DNA from: the human T2T-CHM13v2.0 reference genome, Homo sapiens
NCBI GenBank assembly: GCA_009914755.4
Contig: CP086569.2
Coordinates: 21,408,001 to 21,472,000 of the forward strand
DNA: 64,000 nucleotides
Direction of reading: 5' to 3'
The translations under genes were made by a program, and so were the position numbers. Shown here in pieces: positions 30,250-43,420 of this stretch (positions are counted from its first letter, which is position 1; every line of letters starts with the position of its first letter). The notes under the pieces are model-generated. The model was not told the DNA's origin. It did not search any database and saw only the letters and a program-made list of their open reading frames with translations.

Positions 30250-33200
30250 TGGATAGTCTTGCAGTTCTGTCACCATGCGTACTCACAATGGTACACAGTG
30301 AGTAAATTTATTAAAGTTTGGGCAATTTTGTGGCACACAGAGATATTATCTAGTAGTGTCTCTGCAGATAACACTCTATACTAGACCCCACTGTGAATCT
30401 TGAATGAAGTCTGTAAATTAGCTGCAGGTATTCTTACCTTCAACGTGAGAGTGGTCCCGTTAATACTGGTACCCACCAGAAGGCAGTTTATTCCATGACA
30501 TGTGCAGCTAGCTTAGACTTATCAGCCTTTGCTATAAACAAAACAAAACTTTGTATTTCAAGTCAAGACTATCTCAGCCATAGACTGAAGTAGTGTGGTT
30601 ATCCTGGGGACTTATTCAAACTTAAATAAAGCCCTTCTAGAAATCCAAACTAAGCCACATCTGTCAGTGAACTCAAAACAGAGCTACTTTCTGCAAACCT
30701 AAAGATGAGTCCAGACTTGAACTTTGAAGTAATTGTGGGGTAAAGGGATCCCTAATACAGCATGGCTGCTCTACCAAAAAGCAGCAAAACTGCTTCTTTA
30801 AGTAGGTCCCTGATTCTATTCCACCCAATAGGGTAAGACCTTCCAAGTAGAATCCCCAGCCACTTTCTACAGCCAAGTTTGAGTGGGTAACAAACCAATA
30901 CCCATCTGGGGTAAAACTCCTGGAAGAAGGGGCATGTTGGCATCTTTGTTGTTTTTCAGTCTTCACAGGTGATACCTCTAAGTACAGAAAATCTCACACA
31001 ACTAGAGTCTGAAGAAGACCTCTAGCAAACTTCAGCAGCCCTCAGAAAGAGTGGTGAAACTGTTAAAAGAAAAACAAACAAACAGAAAACAACAATAATA
31101 AAACCACGTCCAAAAATCAGCAATGTCATTGTAGGTAGATAAGCCCACAAAGATGGGAAAAAGAGCAACACAAAAATGAAGAAACTCAAAAAGTCACAGT
31201 GTTTATTTTTCTCCAAATGACAACAACACATCTTCAGCAAGGGTCAGAACTGTAATGAGTGTGAGATGGCTGAATCAAAAAAAGTAGGCTTCAGAATGTA
31301 AATAAAAATAAACTTTGCTTAGCAAAAGGAATATAGTGTAACCCAATGCAAAGAAGCTAAGAATTATAATATAACAAAACAGGAGCTAACAACTAAAACA
31401 TCAGATCTAGAAAGAAATATAACCGACCTGATTAAGCTGAAAAGCATACTAAAAAATCTTTACAATGCAATCACAAGTATTATAGTATTAGTAGAAATAT
31501 TAAAATAATAGACTGAGTAGAGAAAAGAATGTCAGAGCTTAAAGAATACCTTTATGAAATAAGACAGGCAGAATATATACAGAGAAAATAATTAAAAAGA
31601 ACAAAACTTCTTAGAAATATTAAATTATCTAAAGTGAACAAATGTAGAACTGATTAAGGTATCTGAAAGAGTGGAGAATGAAACCAATTTGGATAACATA
31701 CTTCAGGATATTTCACAGTAGGAGTTCCCCAACCTAGCAAAGTAGGCTAACGTTCAAATTGAGAAAATGCAGAAGACCCCAGAAAGATACTCCATGAGAA
31801 GACAAGGTTCAATACATACAATCATCAGATATTCAAAGATAAAAATGAAAAAGAAAATGTTAAAAGCCACCAGAGTGAAAGACCAGGTCACCTACATAGG
31901 GAAGACCATCACACACAGCAAGCCTCTCAGCAGAAACCTTACAAGCCAGAAGAGATTAGGGGCCAATATTCAACATGCTTTAAAAAGAAATGAACCTAGA
32001 ATTTTACATCTGGCCAAATGAAGCTTCATAAGTGAAGGAGAAAATAAGATTCCCTTCAGACAAGCAAATGCTGAGAGAATTGGTAAGCATCAGACCTGAT
32101 TTATGAGAGCCCCTAAACAAAACACTAATTGTGGAAAAAAAATTACCAACCACTACAAAAGACACTAAGTGAACACAACAGGGACACCATAAAACAGCCT
32201 CATAAACAACTCTGCAAAATAAAAAGTGAGCATAATTATAACAGAATAAAATTTACGCATAACAATACTAACCTTAAATGTAAATGAGTTATCTGCCCCA
32301 ATTTAAAAACCCAACATGGCAGGTTGAATAAAAAACCAAAATCCATTAGTATGCTGTCTTCAAGAAACCTGTTTTATAGGCAAAGACACATATAGGCTGA
32401 AAATAAAAAAATAGAGAAAAATTTACCAACCAATTGGAAAACAGAAAAAAAAAAACAGGGGTTGCAATCCTAGTTTGTTTAAAAGTTGCTTCAACTTTAA
32501 ACTAATAAAGACTTAAAAAAAAACACACACACATACACAAAGAAGGGCATTACATAATGTTGAAAAGTTAAATTCAACAAGCAAAGTTAACTATTCTAAA
32601 TATATATGCTCACACTACAGAAGGACTCACATTTATAAAACACGTTGTTAGAGATCTTCAAAGAGACTTAGACTCTAACTCAATAAGTGTGAGACCTTAA
32701 CATCCCATGGAACATATGAGAGAGATCATTGAGACAGAAAATTATCAACAATATTTAGGACATGAACTCAGTCCTAAATCAACTGTACCTAAGAGATATC
32801 TTAGGAACTCTGAATATACATTCTTATCATAACCACATGGAACTTACTCTAAAATTAGTTACCTAATCAGAAGTAAAATAGTTTTCAGCAGATGCAAAAA
32901 GACTGAAATTATAACAAATAGTCTCTCAGAGGACAATTACAGAGTGCAACAGCCACTACAGAACACCAAACAGGTTGGCGCATAAGTAATTACGTTTTTT
33001 TCATTGTTGAAATTTGTTGTTTGATACCAGAATTTATTATTTAATAAATGTGGTTATCATTATCATGCGCATTTCACTTTGTGTTTCTTTGTTACTTATT
33101 ACTTGATGTTTATTTTAGACTATGCAAATAATGTTACACAAAAAACAAATTTGAGGAATTTTCTTATTCAAGTTCAAAATGGGTCACAAAGCAGTAGAGA

Positions 33201-36200
33201 AATTTTGTAACATTAACAATGCATTTGCCCCAGCAACTGCTAATGACCGTACAGAGCAGTGGTTGTTTGAGAAGTTTTGTAGAGGAGACTAGGGCCTTAA
33301 AGATGAGAAGTGAAGTGGCCAGCCATCAGAAGTTTACAATGACCAATTCAAAACTATTATTGAAGCTGATCCTCTTACAACTTCATAAGAAGCCACTACA
33401 GCCACTACTAAACACACTGAAGTAAACAGAACAGTGAGTTGCCAAGAACTCAATGTCAACCATTCTATAGTAATTTGGCACTTAAAGCAAATTGGAAAGG
33501 TGAGAAAGCTCTGTAAGTGGGTGACTCATGAACTATTTAAAAGGGAATTTTTAAGTGTCATCTTCTCTTATTCTACAAAACAACCATTTCTCAATTAAGT
33601 TGTGACGTGCAATGAGAACTCGATTTTATATAACAACCAGCAAAGACCAGCTCAGTGGTTGGATGCAGAAGAGGCTCCAATAAACTTCCGAAAGGTTAAC
33701 TTACACCAAACAAAGGTCATGGTAACTGTCTGATGCTCTGCTGGCCTTATCTACTATAGCTTTCTGAATCTCAATGAAACTATTACATCTGAGAAGCATG
33801 CTTAGCAAATCAATAAAATGCACCAAAAACTGCAATGCCTGCAGCCTCACTGGTCAACAAAAAAGGCTCAATTTTTTTTCTATGACAATGCTTAACTACA
33901 CATTGAACAAACAATGATTGAAAAGTTAAACAATTTGGGCTACGAAGTTTTGCCTCATCCATCACATTCATCTGATATCTTGCCGACTGACTAACTACCA
34001 CTTCAAGCGTCTTGATAACTTTTGACAGGGCAAATGATTCTACAACCAGCAAAATGAAGAAAATGCTTTCCAAGACATTACTGAATTCTGAAGCATAAAT
34101 TTTTATGCTACAGACATAAAAAAAATTTCTTATTGGCAAAAATGTGTTGATTGTAATGGTATTTATTTTGATTAAGAAAGATGTGTTTAAGCCTAGTTAT
34201 AATAATTTAAAATTCACAATCTAAAACTGCAATTACTTGCCCTCCAACTCAGAACCCAATATCCAAAAATTTATGCAAAGCCATACAACTATGTAGAAAT
34301 TGAGCAACATGCTCCTCAGGGATTAGGAGTAAATAATAAAATTCAGGCAGAAATTAAAATTTTGAGACTCTATCTTAAATGCAAGAAACATCTCAAGTTA
34401 ACCTAACATCACTATGAAAAGGACTGGAGAACCAAGAGCAAAGAAAACCCAAAGCTAGCAGAAAAAAAATAAACAAATAACCAAGATCAAAGCTGAACTT
34501 GCAGTGTTCAGACGACAGGAGTCACAAAAACGTCAAAATATCAACCAATTAGGAGACTTTCTTGAAAAAAAAAAAAAGACTTCTACCTAGACTAAAGAAT
34601 AAGAAAAAGAAATTTCAAAGAAACACAATAAAAAATTATGAGAGATATGGCCATTAGAGAATACCACAAACACCTCTATGTACTAAACTAAACAAATCTA
34701 GAAAAAAATTAGATAAATTTCTGAACATATATACCCTCCCAAGCTTGAGCCTGAAAGAAATTGAATTCCTAAAGAGAACAATAACACATTCTAAATTTAA
34801 GGCAGTAATAAATTGCCTCTGAAAAAACAAACAAACAAAAATGCATTACCTGATAGAGTTGCAGGTGAATTCTACCAGAAGTAGAAAGAAGAGCTGGTAC
34901 CATTTTTCTGATACTATTTCAAAAACTTGAAAAGGAGACATTACTCCCTAACTCATTCAATGAGGCCACAATTACCATGATACCAAAACCTGACTGAGAT
35001 ACAACAACAACAACAACAACAAAAAGCTTAGACTAATAACTTTGATGAAAATTGATGAAAAAATTATCAACAAAATACCGATCAACTGAATCAAGCAGCA
35101 CATCAAAAAGATTATCCTCCACGATCAAGTATGTTTTAAAGAGTATCCTCCATAATCAAATGTGTTTTATTTCCCAGATGCAAGGTTGGTTCAACATACA
35201 TAAATTAATAAATATTTGAATTTATTAATATTCAGATTAACAAATCTAAAGGCAAAAACCAAATAATTATCGTGATACAGGCAGAAAAGGCCTTTGATAA
35301 AATTTAATATTCCTTCACGTTAAAAACTCTCAGTGAACTAGACATTGAAGAAACATATCTCAAAATAATAAGAAACCTGCATGATAAATCCATAGACAAT
35401 ATCACACCTAATGGGCAAAAGCTGGAAGCAATCTCCTTGAAAACTGGCCCAAGACATCGATGTGCTCTCTCAGCAGTCTTATTTGAATCAGTATTGAAAG
35501 CTCTGATCAGAGCAATCGACAAGAGAGAAAAATAAACTATCTTTAAATATAAAGAGAGTATGTTAAATTGTCTTTGTTTCCAGATGACATAATCTTACGT
35601 ATAGAAAAACCCAATCATCTCAGCCCCAAAGATTTTAAGCTGAAAAGCAACTGCAGCAAAGTCTCAGCATACAAAATCAGTGTATAAAATTGCTACGATT
35701 TCTATACACCAACAACAGTCAAGCCAAAAACAAAATCAGAAACAAATTTCCATTCACAATTATATCAAAAAGAATAAAATACCTAGGAACAGCTAACAAA
35801 GGAAACGAAGGAGCTCTTCAAGGTGAACTACAAAACACTGCTCAAAACAATCAGAGGACAAAAACAAATGTAAGAACATTTTATTCTCGTGCACAGACAG
35901 AATCAACATTGTAAAAACGGCCATACTGTCCAAAGTAATTTATAGATTAAATGCTATTTGCATTAAACTACCATTGACATCATTAAGAGAATTAGAAGAA
36001 ACTATTTTAAAATTTATATGAAATAAAAAAGAGCCCAAATAGCCAAGGCAATACTAAGAAAAAAGAAGAAAGCCAGAGGCATCACATTATTCAACCTCAT
36101 ACTGTACCACAAGGTTACAGTTAAAATATTAAAGTCATCAGGAGTAGGTGGAAAAGCATAAGAGATTCAATTGATGTTAACAGAATGTGGTTACTGAAGG

Positions 36201-36790
36201 GGACTGAGAAGCACAATACAGTCTCTATGATTAGACAACCCAAAGAGACACAAAACAAGAACCATAAATTGATTAAAATTTTATGCTGGTTTGCCTAAAA
36301 TATTTACACATCAATTCCACTGAATTCTTACAATGAATGAATGGCATTAGATGTTATAGTCACCTTTTGAAAGAACAGAAAATACCAAGGCAGATAACTT
36401 GTTCAACTCAATCAGTTTTAGGATGCAAAAGCAGCTGCATATTGCAAAAAAGAGCCAGGTACTAGACTTATTAAACCAATCTGAAGAAGAGTAAAGTTAG
36501 AGAAATTTGTCTACTGTATAGACTTACTGTAAAGGTATAGTAATGAAGACTTTGTTATTTGGCAAAAGGGGACAGACATAAATCAAGAAGCAACACAACA
36601 AATAACGGAGATATTGACTACAGAAGTCCAGCCAACAGATTTTTAACAAAAAACACAAAGCAATTAAGTGTAGCACAGATAACTTTTCTATTGCTGGTGC
36701 TGGATCAGTAAGCTGTCCATTGAGAAAACCTTAACTTTGGTCTGAGTCTGACATGTTTTGTAAATAAAACTGATTTTTCTCTACTCTTCC
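30250..36790 (+). mobile_element. Old L1 (L1P/L1M-type): 5'UTR end, ORF1, ORF2. Disrupted by an Hsmar1 insertion. The 5' boundary is uncertain.
   Basis: The 5'UTR end ...ataaaaccacgtccaaaaatcagcaatgtcattgtaggtagataagcccacaaagATGGG runs into ORF1 at 31153. ORF1 RRM/C-terminal similarity (NLDNILQDI..EFPNLAK.ANVQIEKMQKTPERYS...KLSFISEGE.K). ORF2 EN (LTLNVNELSAPI...) precedes the Hsmar1. ORF2 RT (FDKI.Y.F.LKTL..L.IEETYLKIIRN...PNGQKLEAISLKTGPR) follows it. The element ends near taaataaaactgattttt. Confidence 0.7.
32971..34249 (+). mobile_element. Hsmar1 mariner DNA transposon, near full length (about 1.28 kb), inserted in L1 ORF2
   Basis: 5' ITR caggttggcgcataagtaattacg and 3' ITR ...aaaactgcaattacttgccctccaac. 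The internal frame reads mariner transposase (...NQQRPAQWLD...KVMVTVWWSAAGLIYYSFL...HFKRLDNFLQGK.FYNQQ.EENAFQ...YATDIKK.ISYWQKCVDCNGIYFD). Confidence 0.8.
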
Positions 36791-37848
36791 TTCCCAAAAT
36801 TGTTAAAAACTACATTGACCATGCTACTGTCGTAGTGTTTCCTAACCTCAGTTCTTCACTCTTACATTCCAAGAAGTGCAAATGATATCCATAGTCTCAA
36901 AACACACATATTTTATTTTTAATAAAAAGAATTGAGTTAAAAATAGACAATAGGTAAGTCACTAATTTCTCTTTTTACTCTATTATTTTTGGCCTCAACA
37001 TATAATTAAATTATACATTGCTTTTTCCTACAATGAGAACAAAGGGGAGAAAAAAATAGAATGAAGGTCGAGTATTGAAGCACTAAAATATTTTAAAGAT
37101 ACAGAGACAAAATAGTGGAGTCCAGAAACACAGGGGAAAAAATTAATAAAGTAAAGGTATATACTTGGTCTTTCTCAAAATTTATTTGTTCCTATTCAGA
37201 ATAGAATGAAACTAATTTAGGAAATTACTCCCATAAGCAAGCAGGAATGCTACTGGCAAGAGATTTCTCGGCATCAGGGCATAGACTTTAAGAACCGAGC
37301 TTTATTCAAAAACCACTAAGAATTAGTATATAAAAAAATTGGAAGTGAAAAATTCTAGATAGGAAAGAAGCTTTTTCTGAGGTCCTGACCAGGGATTTAA
37401 GAAGACAAAAAATATTGCTGCTGTCAAAATTCTTGCTGAGGAGAGCAGGAGAGTTGTAGAAAAGGCATCATTGAAGGAAGACAAGCAGCTGAGGAGCCTG
37501 AATCCTTGTGTTACTATTCTTCCCTTCAAAGATATGGATGTGGTCTGTGAGGAGTGTTAGGAATGTATTTTTATGGTTTGCTTTCTCCCCAGAATGTTCT
37601 GTTTATTGCCCTTCCTCTGACATTATTCCTGAGCTCTTGGCATTTTTTTAACGTACCTCTTCTTGAACAAGATTCACACCCTCTTTACCCTGACCCAGCT
37701 TCTGCCACCACCGTCACCTCTCCAGGGGATGGTCTCTTGCCGAGCCCTTTAATGTTCGGGATTCTCCAGTATAATCATTTACAAACAAGCAGAAATAGAC
37801 TGTTGACCAGTGGTCAGTCTTACCTCAATTTAAAATGTACAAGTTTTA

Positions 37849-38236
<388 letters not shown>

Positions 38237-38679
38237 TTATGTTGATTACGTGGCTGTGCACAGGTTGGCCTATATCAGTTTGGTCTGGTCTACTGGGGCC
38301 TAGTTCTCAAGATCACTCTAAAACTATGTCTCTCATAATTTTGTTTAATAATCCCCATCTTTGATTATATTGTCAACTAGGTAAGAGTGTGTCAAAACAG
38401 TGACATATTTGTTAGTATGTCATTTCATTTGAAGAGGACTATTTGACATATTACAGATGCTGCATGCAAACATTTAAAAGTTTTGAGAGAAGCCAGGCAG
38501 ACTGTTTTATGGTGAATAAGGTCTTGTTATTGGAAGAACAAAAAGATTTTAAATAATCTTCTTTTGTCTTATATTCAAAGGACTTTTAGTATGTTCATGT
38601 CCTCATGAACAAAACCAAATGAAACTTTAAGGTAAAATAATGATCCAAATGAGATGACTCATACTAACCAAGCAGCTTG

Positions 38680-40956
38680 TCAGTTAGTCTACTGTAATTG
38701 CCTTTGCAAAATAACCAATGTATTTTTCTATGGCCAAAAAGCAGTCTCAGTACTGATAAGCACTTACATAAGCATAGCTCGCTCTGCTCTCTTTTGATTA
38801 TTGTTTGCTTGGAATAGATTTTTTTAATCCCTTTACTCAAATATTTTGTGTGTCCGTAAGTATAACGTGAGGCTTTTATGCAGCACATTGTTAAATATTG
38901 GGAGCATTTTTAATCACCTTTTTTTTACACTGTCATTTTACTGGATAATTTAATTTATGAACATTTAAAACATTTAAACAGCACAGGAGAAACTGCCCCC
39001 ATGAGCCAATCACCTTCCATCTGGTCCCTTCCTCAAAACGTGGGGATTACAATTTGAGATGCCATTTAGGGGGGAACAGAGCCAAACTATATTGTTTCAC
39101 CCCTAGTTCCTCCCAACTCTCATGTCTTTTTCACATTTCAAAACCAGTAATGCCTTCCCAATAGTACCCCAAAGTCTGAACTCATTTTGGCATTAATTCA
39201 GAAGTCCAAATCTAAAGTCTCATCTGAGAAAGGGGAAGTTCCTTTCGCCTATGAGCCTGGAAAATTAAAGCAAGTTAGTTACTTCTAAAATATAATGGTA
39301 ATACAGGCATTGGGTAAATGTTACCATTTCAAATGGAAGAAATAGGCCAAAGCAAAGGGGCCACAAGCGCTATGCAAGTACAAAACATGGCCAGGCAGTC
39401 ATTAATCTTAAAGCTCCAAAACCTCATTTGACTCCGTATCTTACATCCAGGGGATACCGATGCAAGGTGTGAGCTCCCACAGCTCTGTCCCTGGGGCTTT
39501 GTAAGGTACACCCCCTGTGGCTACTTTCATAGACAGGTGTTGAGTGCCTGCAGCTTTTCCAGACACATGATGCAAGCTGCCTGAGGATCTACCATTCTGG
39601 GGTTTGGAGGATGGTGGTCCTTTTCTCATAGCTCCACTAGGCAGGGTCCAGTGGGAACTCTGTGTGGGACTTCCAATCCCACATTTCCCTTCCACACTGC
39701 CCTAGCAGAGGTTATCCCTGGGTGCTTCACCCTGAACAGACTTCTGCCTGGACTTCCAGGCATTTCCATATATCTCTGAAATTTAGGCAGAAGTTCCCAA
39801 GGTTCAACTCTTGTCTTCTGTGCATCCATAGGCCTAATACCATTGGCCTAACTGCCAAGGCTTGGGGCTTGCACCCTCTGAAGCAAAGACCCAAGCTGTA
39901 CTTTGGCCCCTTTGGGCCACAGCTGAGGCTGGAGAGGCTGGAATGAAGGGTGCCAAGTCCCAAAGCTGCACAGGGCAGCACGACTCTGTGCCCAGCCCAA
40001 AAAACTATTTTTCTTCCTAGGCCTCTGGGCCTGTGATGAGAAGAGCTCCCTTGAAGATCTCTGACATGCCCTAGAGTAATTTTCCCCATTGTCATAGCTA
40101 TTAACATTAAGCTCCTCATTAGTTATACGAATTTCTGCAGTCAGCTTTAATTTCTCTCCAGAAAATGCTGGGTTTTTTCGTCTTTTCTATCACATGGTCA
40201 GGCTGCAAATTTTCCTAACATTTATGGTCTGTTTCCCTTCTAAACATAAGTTCCAATTTCAAATCATATCTCTCAAATTCAAAGTTCCATAGGGCAGGAG
40301 CAAACTACCACCATTTGCTGTGCTAAAGCACAGCATGTGTTTCCTTTACTCCAGTTCCCAAGAAGTTCCTCATTTCCATCTGATACCATCTCAGCCTAGA
40401 CTTCATTCTCCATGTCACTACCAGTATTTTGGTTAAAAAATTCAAGTCTTTAGAAAGTGCCAAAATTTCCCACATAATCCTGTCTTCTTCTAGGCCCTTC
40501 AAACTGTTCCAACCTCCCCCCATTACCCAGTTCCAAAGTTGATTCCACATTTTCAGGTTTTCCACAATACCCCATTCCTGGTACCAATTCTCTGTATTAG
40601 TCTGTTATCACACTACTCCAAAAATACAACCTGAGACTCGGTAATTCATTAAGAAAGGATGTTTAATTGACTCACAGTTCTGCATGGTTGGGGAGGATTC
40701 AGGAAACTTAAAATCACTGTAGAAGGTGAAGGGGAAGAAAGACACATCTTATATGGAGGCAGGAAGCTGAGAGAGTGAAACTGCAGAACATTTTTAAAAC
40801 CATCAGCTGTTGTGAGAACTCCCTCACTATCATCAGAACAGCATGGGGGTAACTGACATCATAATCCAATAGCTTTGCATCAGGTCCCTCCCTTAACACA
40901 TGGGGATTATAATTCCAGATGAGATTTGGATGGAGACACAAAGCCAAAGCATATCA
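38680..40956 (-). mobile_element. Complete MaLR (THE1/MST-type) element, LTR-internal-LTR, about 2.28 kb, antisense
   Basis: The reverse complement of 40591-40956 begins tgatatgctttggctttgtgtctccatccaaatctcatctggaattataatccccatgtgttaagggagggacctgat... and ends ...cagactaatacagag. A second LTR at about 38680-39096 begins (reverse complement) caatatagtttggctctgttcccccctaaatggcatctcaaattgtaatccccacgttttgaggaagggaccagatggaaggtgattggctcatggggg. The internal region lies between them. Confidence 0.65.
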
Positions 40957-41557
40957 ACAACACAGCAGTATTTATCTAATGGACCTAGGAACTATCTCTT
41001 TGAAACGTAAACATAAAGAGAGAAGGTGCCCCTCTGTTTCCAGTTTCAGTAAAAGGTAAGAACTTAACCTCAGTAGGTGCTTTTCTCTGAACTGCAAAAC
41101 AACCTCTTGAGATTAAAAATATGAGAAGTCAGTTTCTCTTCTGATTAAAGACAATTAGCTATATAACATGTGGTCCCCTGTTACCATTGTAAACTAAGGG
41201 TATGTGACAAATGGTGCCGTTAAATTTTCTTTATTAAAGACTACTGATCAACCAGTAATTTCTTTTAAGAAAATTTGTCTATCTTGAAGACTACCTTGAT
41301 GCTTAGCTATATAAAAGGCGAGATTTGTTTTTGACTTTGTAATCTCTTGGTTGATTTTCTACAATGTACATTAAATTCATATTTCATATTTTTAACAGTA
41401 AAACTGATTTCATTCTCTACTGTCTTTGTGGAGAGGACTTCTGGGTTCAGAGAAAATTTTATTTTTAATGTTATGGCTTCATCACTAGGCTTTTAAAAAC
41501 AAAACCATGAAGACTTAAATTCCTTAAAACCAGTAGTGATGATCAGGGTACTACCAC

Positions 41558-41810
41558 TTACCTTGCAGAAAAAAAGAAAGAAAAAAAAAGGATTAGGAGG
41601 ATACTACACTATGTATATGATGGCCAATTATATGCCCAACAAGTAAGATAATTTAGAATAAATGAACAAAGTCCTGATACATACATACTATTTACCTTGC
41701 AGAAAGGGAAAAAAAAGGATTAGGAAGATACTATACTTTGTATATGATGGCCAATTATACGCCCAACAAGTTTTATAATTTAGAATAAATGAACAAATTT
41801 CTGGTACATA
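41558..41810. repeat. Tandem duplication, two copies of about 126 bp
   Basis: ttaccttgcagaaa...ggattaggaggatactacactatgtatatgatggccaattatatgcccaacaagt...tttagaataaatgaacaaa repeated with about 90% identity. Confidence 0.85.
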
Positions 41811-41829
41811 CAAACTACCAGAACTGACT

Positions 41830-42130
41830 TGGGAATAAATACAGCACGAATTCATAATCCAAACTAAGGCCTAGGACCATTTAAAAAATTTACATCAATC
41901 CTCGAATGTGTCCAAAAACACAGAAGAAAAAGGGACACTACACAGTTCATTCTGTGAAGCCGGGATTATATTGATCCTAAAGTCAAAGTCATCACACGAT
42001 ACAAGCCAATATATCTTAACACAGATGCTAAGATTCTAAACATAATAGTACACACACAACAAATCCAGTAAATTAAATGATTGTATACCATAATCAAATG
42101 GAATTTGTCTTGAAATAATTTGACCTCCAC
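41830..42130 (+). mobile_element. Old L1 ORF2 fragment
   Basis: It translates in one frame to ...KKKGTLHSSFCEAGIILILKSKSSHDTSQYILTQMLRF...HNKSSKLNDCIP.SNGICLE, an L1 ORF2 endonuclease/RT linker region. Confidence 0.5.
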
Positions 42131-42360
42131 AGCCAGTCCATTTGAGACATTCGGTTAAGCCATGATTTATTATAAGATTCAGATGCTTAGTCTCACTCCT
42201 TCCTATGTATATTTACTTTCCATTTCCTGTATATATTTACTGTCTACTTTTTGTCAGTATTCCGCTGGGTGCTAGCAATTGTAAGCAACAGATGCGGCCT
42301 CTGTACTTACATGCTTTACTGTGAGGTGGTGAGGTAGAGAAGATAAGACTGAAAAAAATA

Positions 42361-42568
42361 GGCCGGGCGCGGTGGCTCACTACTGCAATCCCAGGAATTT
42401 GGGCGGCAGAGGCGGGAGGATCACTAGGTCAGGGGTTTGAGAGCCTGGCCAACATGGTGAAACCCCATCTCTACTAAAAATACAAAAATTAGACGGGCAG
42501 ATCGCGCCCCTGCACTCCAGCATGGGCAACAAGAGCGAAACTTCGTTGTCAAAAAAAAAAAAAAAAAA
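42361..42568 (+). mobile_element. Alu with an internal deletion
   Basis: ggccgggcgcggtggctcactactgcaatcccagg...gtgaaaccccatctctactaaaaatacaaaaattag...ctgcactccagcatgggcaacaagagcgaaac...polyA. Confidence 0.85.
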
Positions 42569-42689
42569 GAGAGAAAAGTGATAAACATTCTGAACATAGA
42601 GGGCCTTGTCCTAAGCCAGTCCTCCAAATTCACTGTATAAGAGTAAGGGCTCTCTTAAAATTTAGGCGTTTACAGTTAAATGACCCACG

Positions 42690-43420
42690 AACTTCTGAAA
42701 CTGGAAGACCGTTTTTTAGCAAAGGAGAATACTCCAGGGCCCCGCCCATTTCATCCTTGACTCCACCTTCTCCATGCTGAGTCCCGCCCCGCTTCCTGTT
42801 TATTCATCCTGCAGCAAACTCTCCGGTATCCTGATGGAGTCTACTAGGTGTCAGTCATTTGGCCGTGCCTCAGCCGAAGAGAGGCGGGGAAAAGCATCGT
42901 AATCAGCTGCGTCGCCTTTTGGTGACGCCAGAGAGTGCGCGTCAGCAGTTTATTAGAGAGCTCTGTAGCCAGCCTCTTCTGCGCACCCACCTGCTGCATC
43001 TTAGTTCAGTCGGCTCTTAGAGTAGTAACCGCCAGAAAGGAGTCGGAAGAGGTCTCACGAGGCTGTCATCACCGCCATGCCCAAGAATAAAGGTACTGCT
43101 GTAAGCCTCTGGGACTATACCTCGGCTTGCTCTGCCAGTAACCCCGACGCCTGTTCCAGGCCGCAGTGACTGTTCTAACGGCGGTACTGGCCACTGCGAC
43201 CCCAGCACTGTGTTCGGGAAAGGAGCTGGGAATGCCCTATTTGGTCACATTGGGGTGGGACAGACGCCATTTTTGTGGGGCCTCCTTCGGAAGATAGCGG
43301 GCTTTTGCTGCTGATTTCACGCCAGACGGAAAACGTATAGGTAGGGACGGTTGAGGGACCTTAACCGGACGGCCTGGCTTTCCAGAATAGGCACATGCAA
43401 ACACTTCCCTGCTACTTTCC
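42690..43420 (+). promoter_or_regulatory. EIF1AY: CpG-island promoter, 5'UTR and exon 1 region of the eIF1A gene. The transcription start is not determinable, probably about 42900-43000.
   Basis: High CpG density immediately after the Alu. GC boxes at 42737-42750 (ggccccgcccat) and 42783-42795 (tcccgccccgctt). A palindrome gcgtcgcc-TTTT-ggtgacgc at 42909-42928 with a CCTTTT pyrimidine run. A second pyrimidine run CCTCTTCT at 42973-42980. ATG in gccATGc context at 43077. Confidence 0.6.
43077..43092 (+). CDS. EIF1AY: eIF1A exon 1 coding part (MPKNK, then G of codon 6). Donor GT at 43093.
   Basis: ATGCCCAAGAATAAAG|gtactg. The spliced product over all seven segments is the 144-aa eIF1A protein. 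Confidence 0.9.

Noticed and set aside
33810-34139. 109-aa minus-strand ORF inside Hsmar1
   Set aside because: It is antisense to the mariner transposase frame. The plus-strand frame shows the transposase similarity.
43017-43208. 63-aa minus-strand ORF overlapping eIF1A exon 1
   Set aside because: It is antisense to a well-supported exon in a CpG island, with no independent support. It is a chance ORF in GC-rich sequence.
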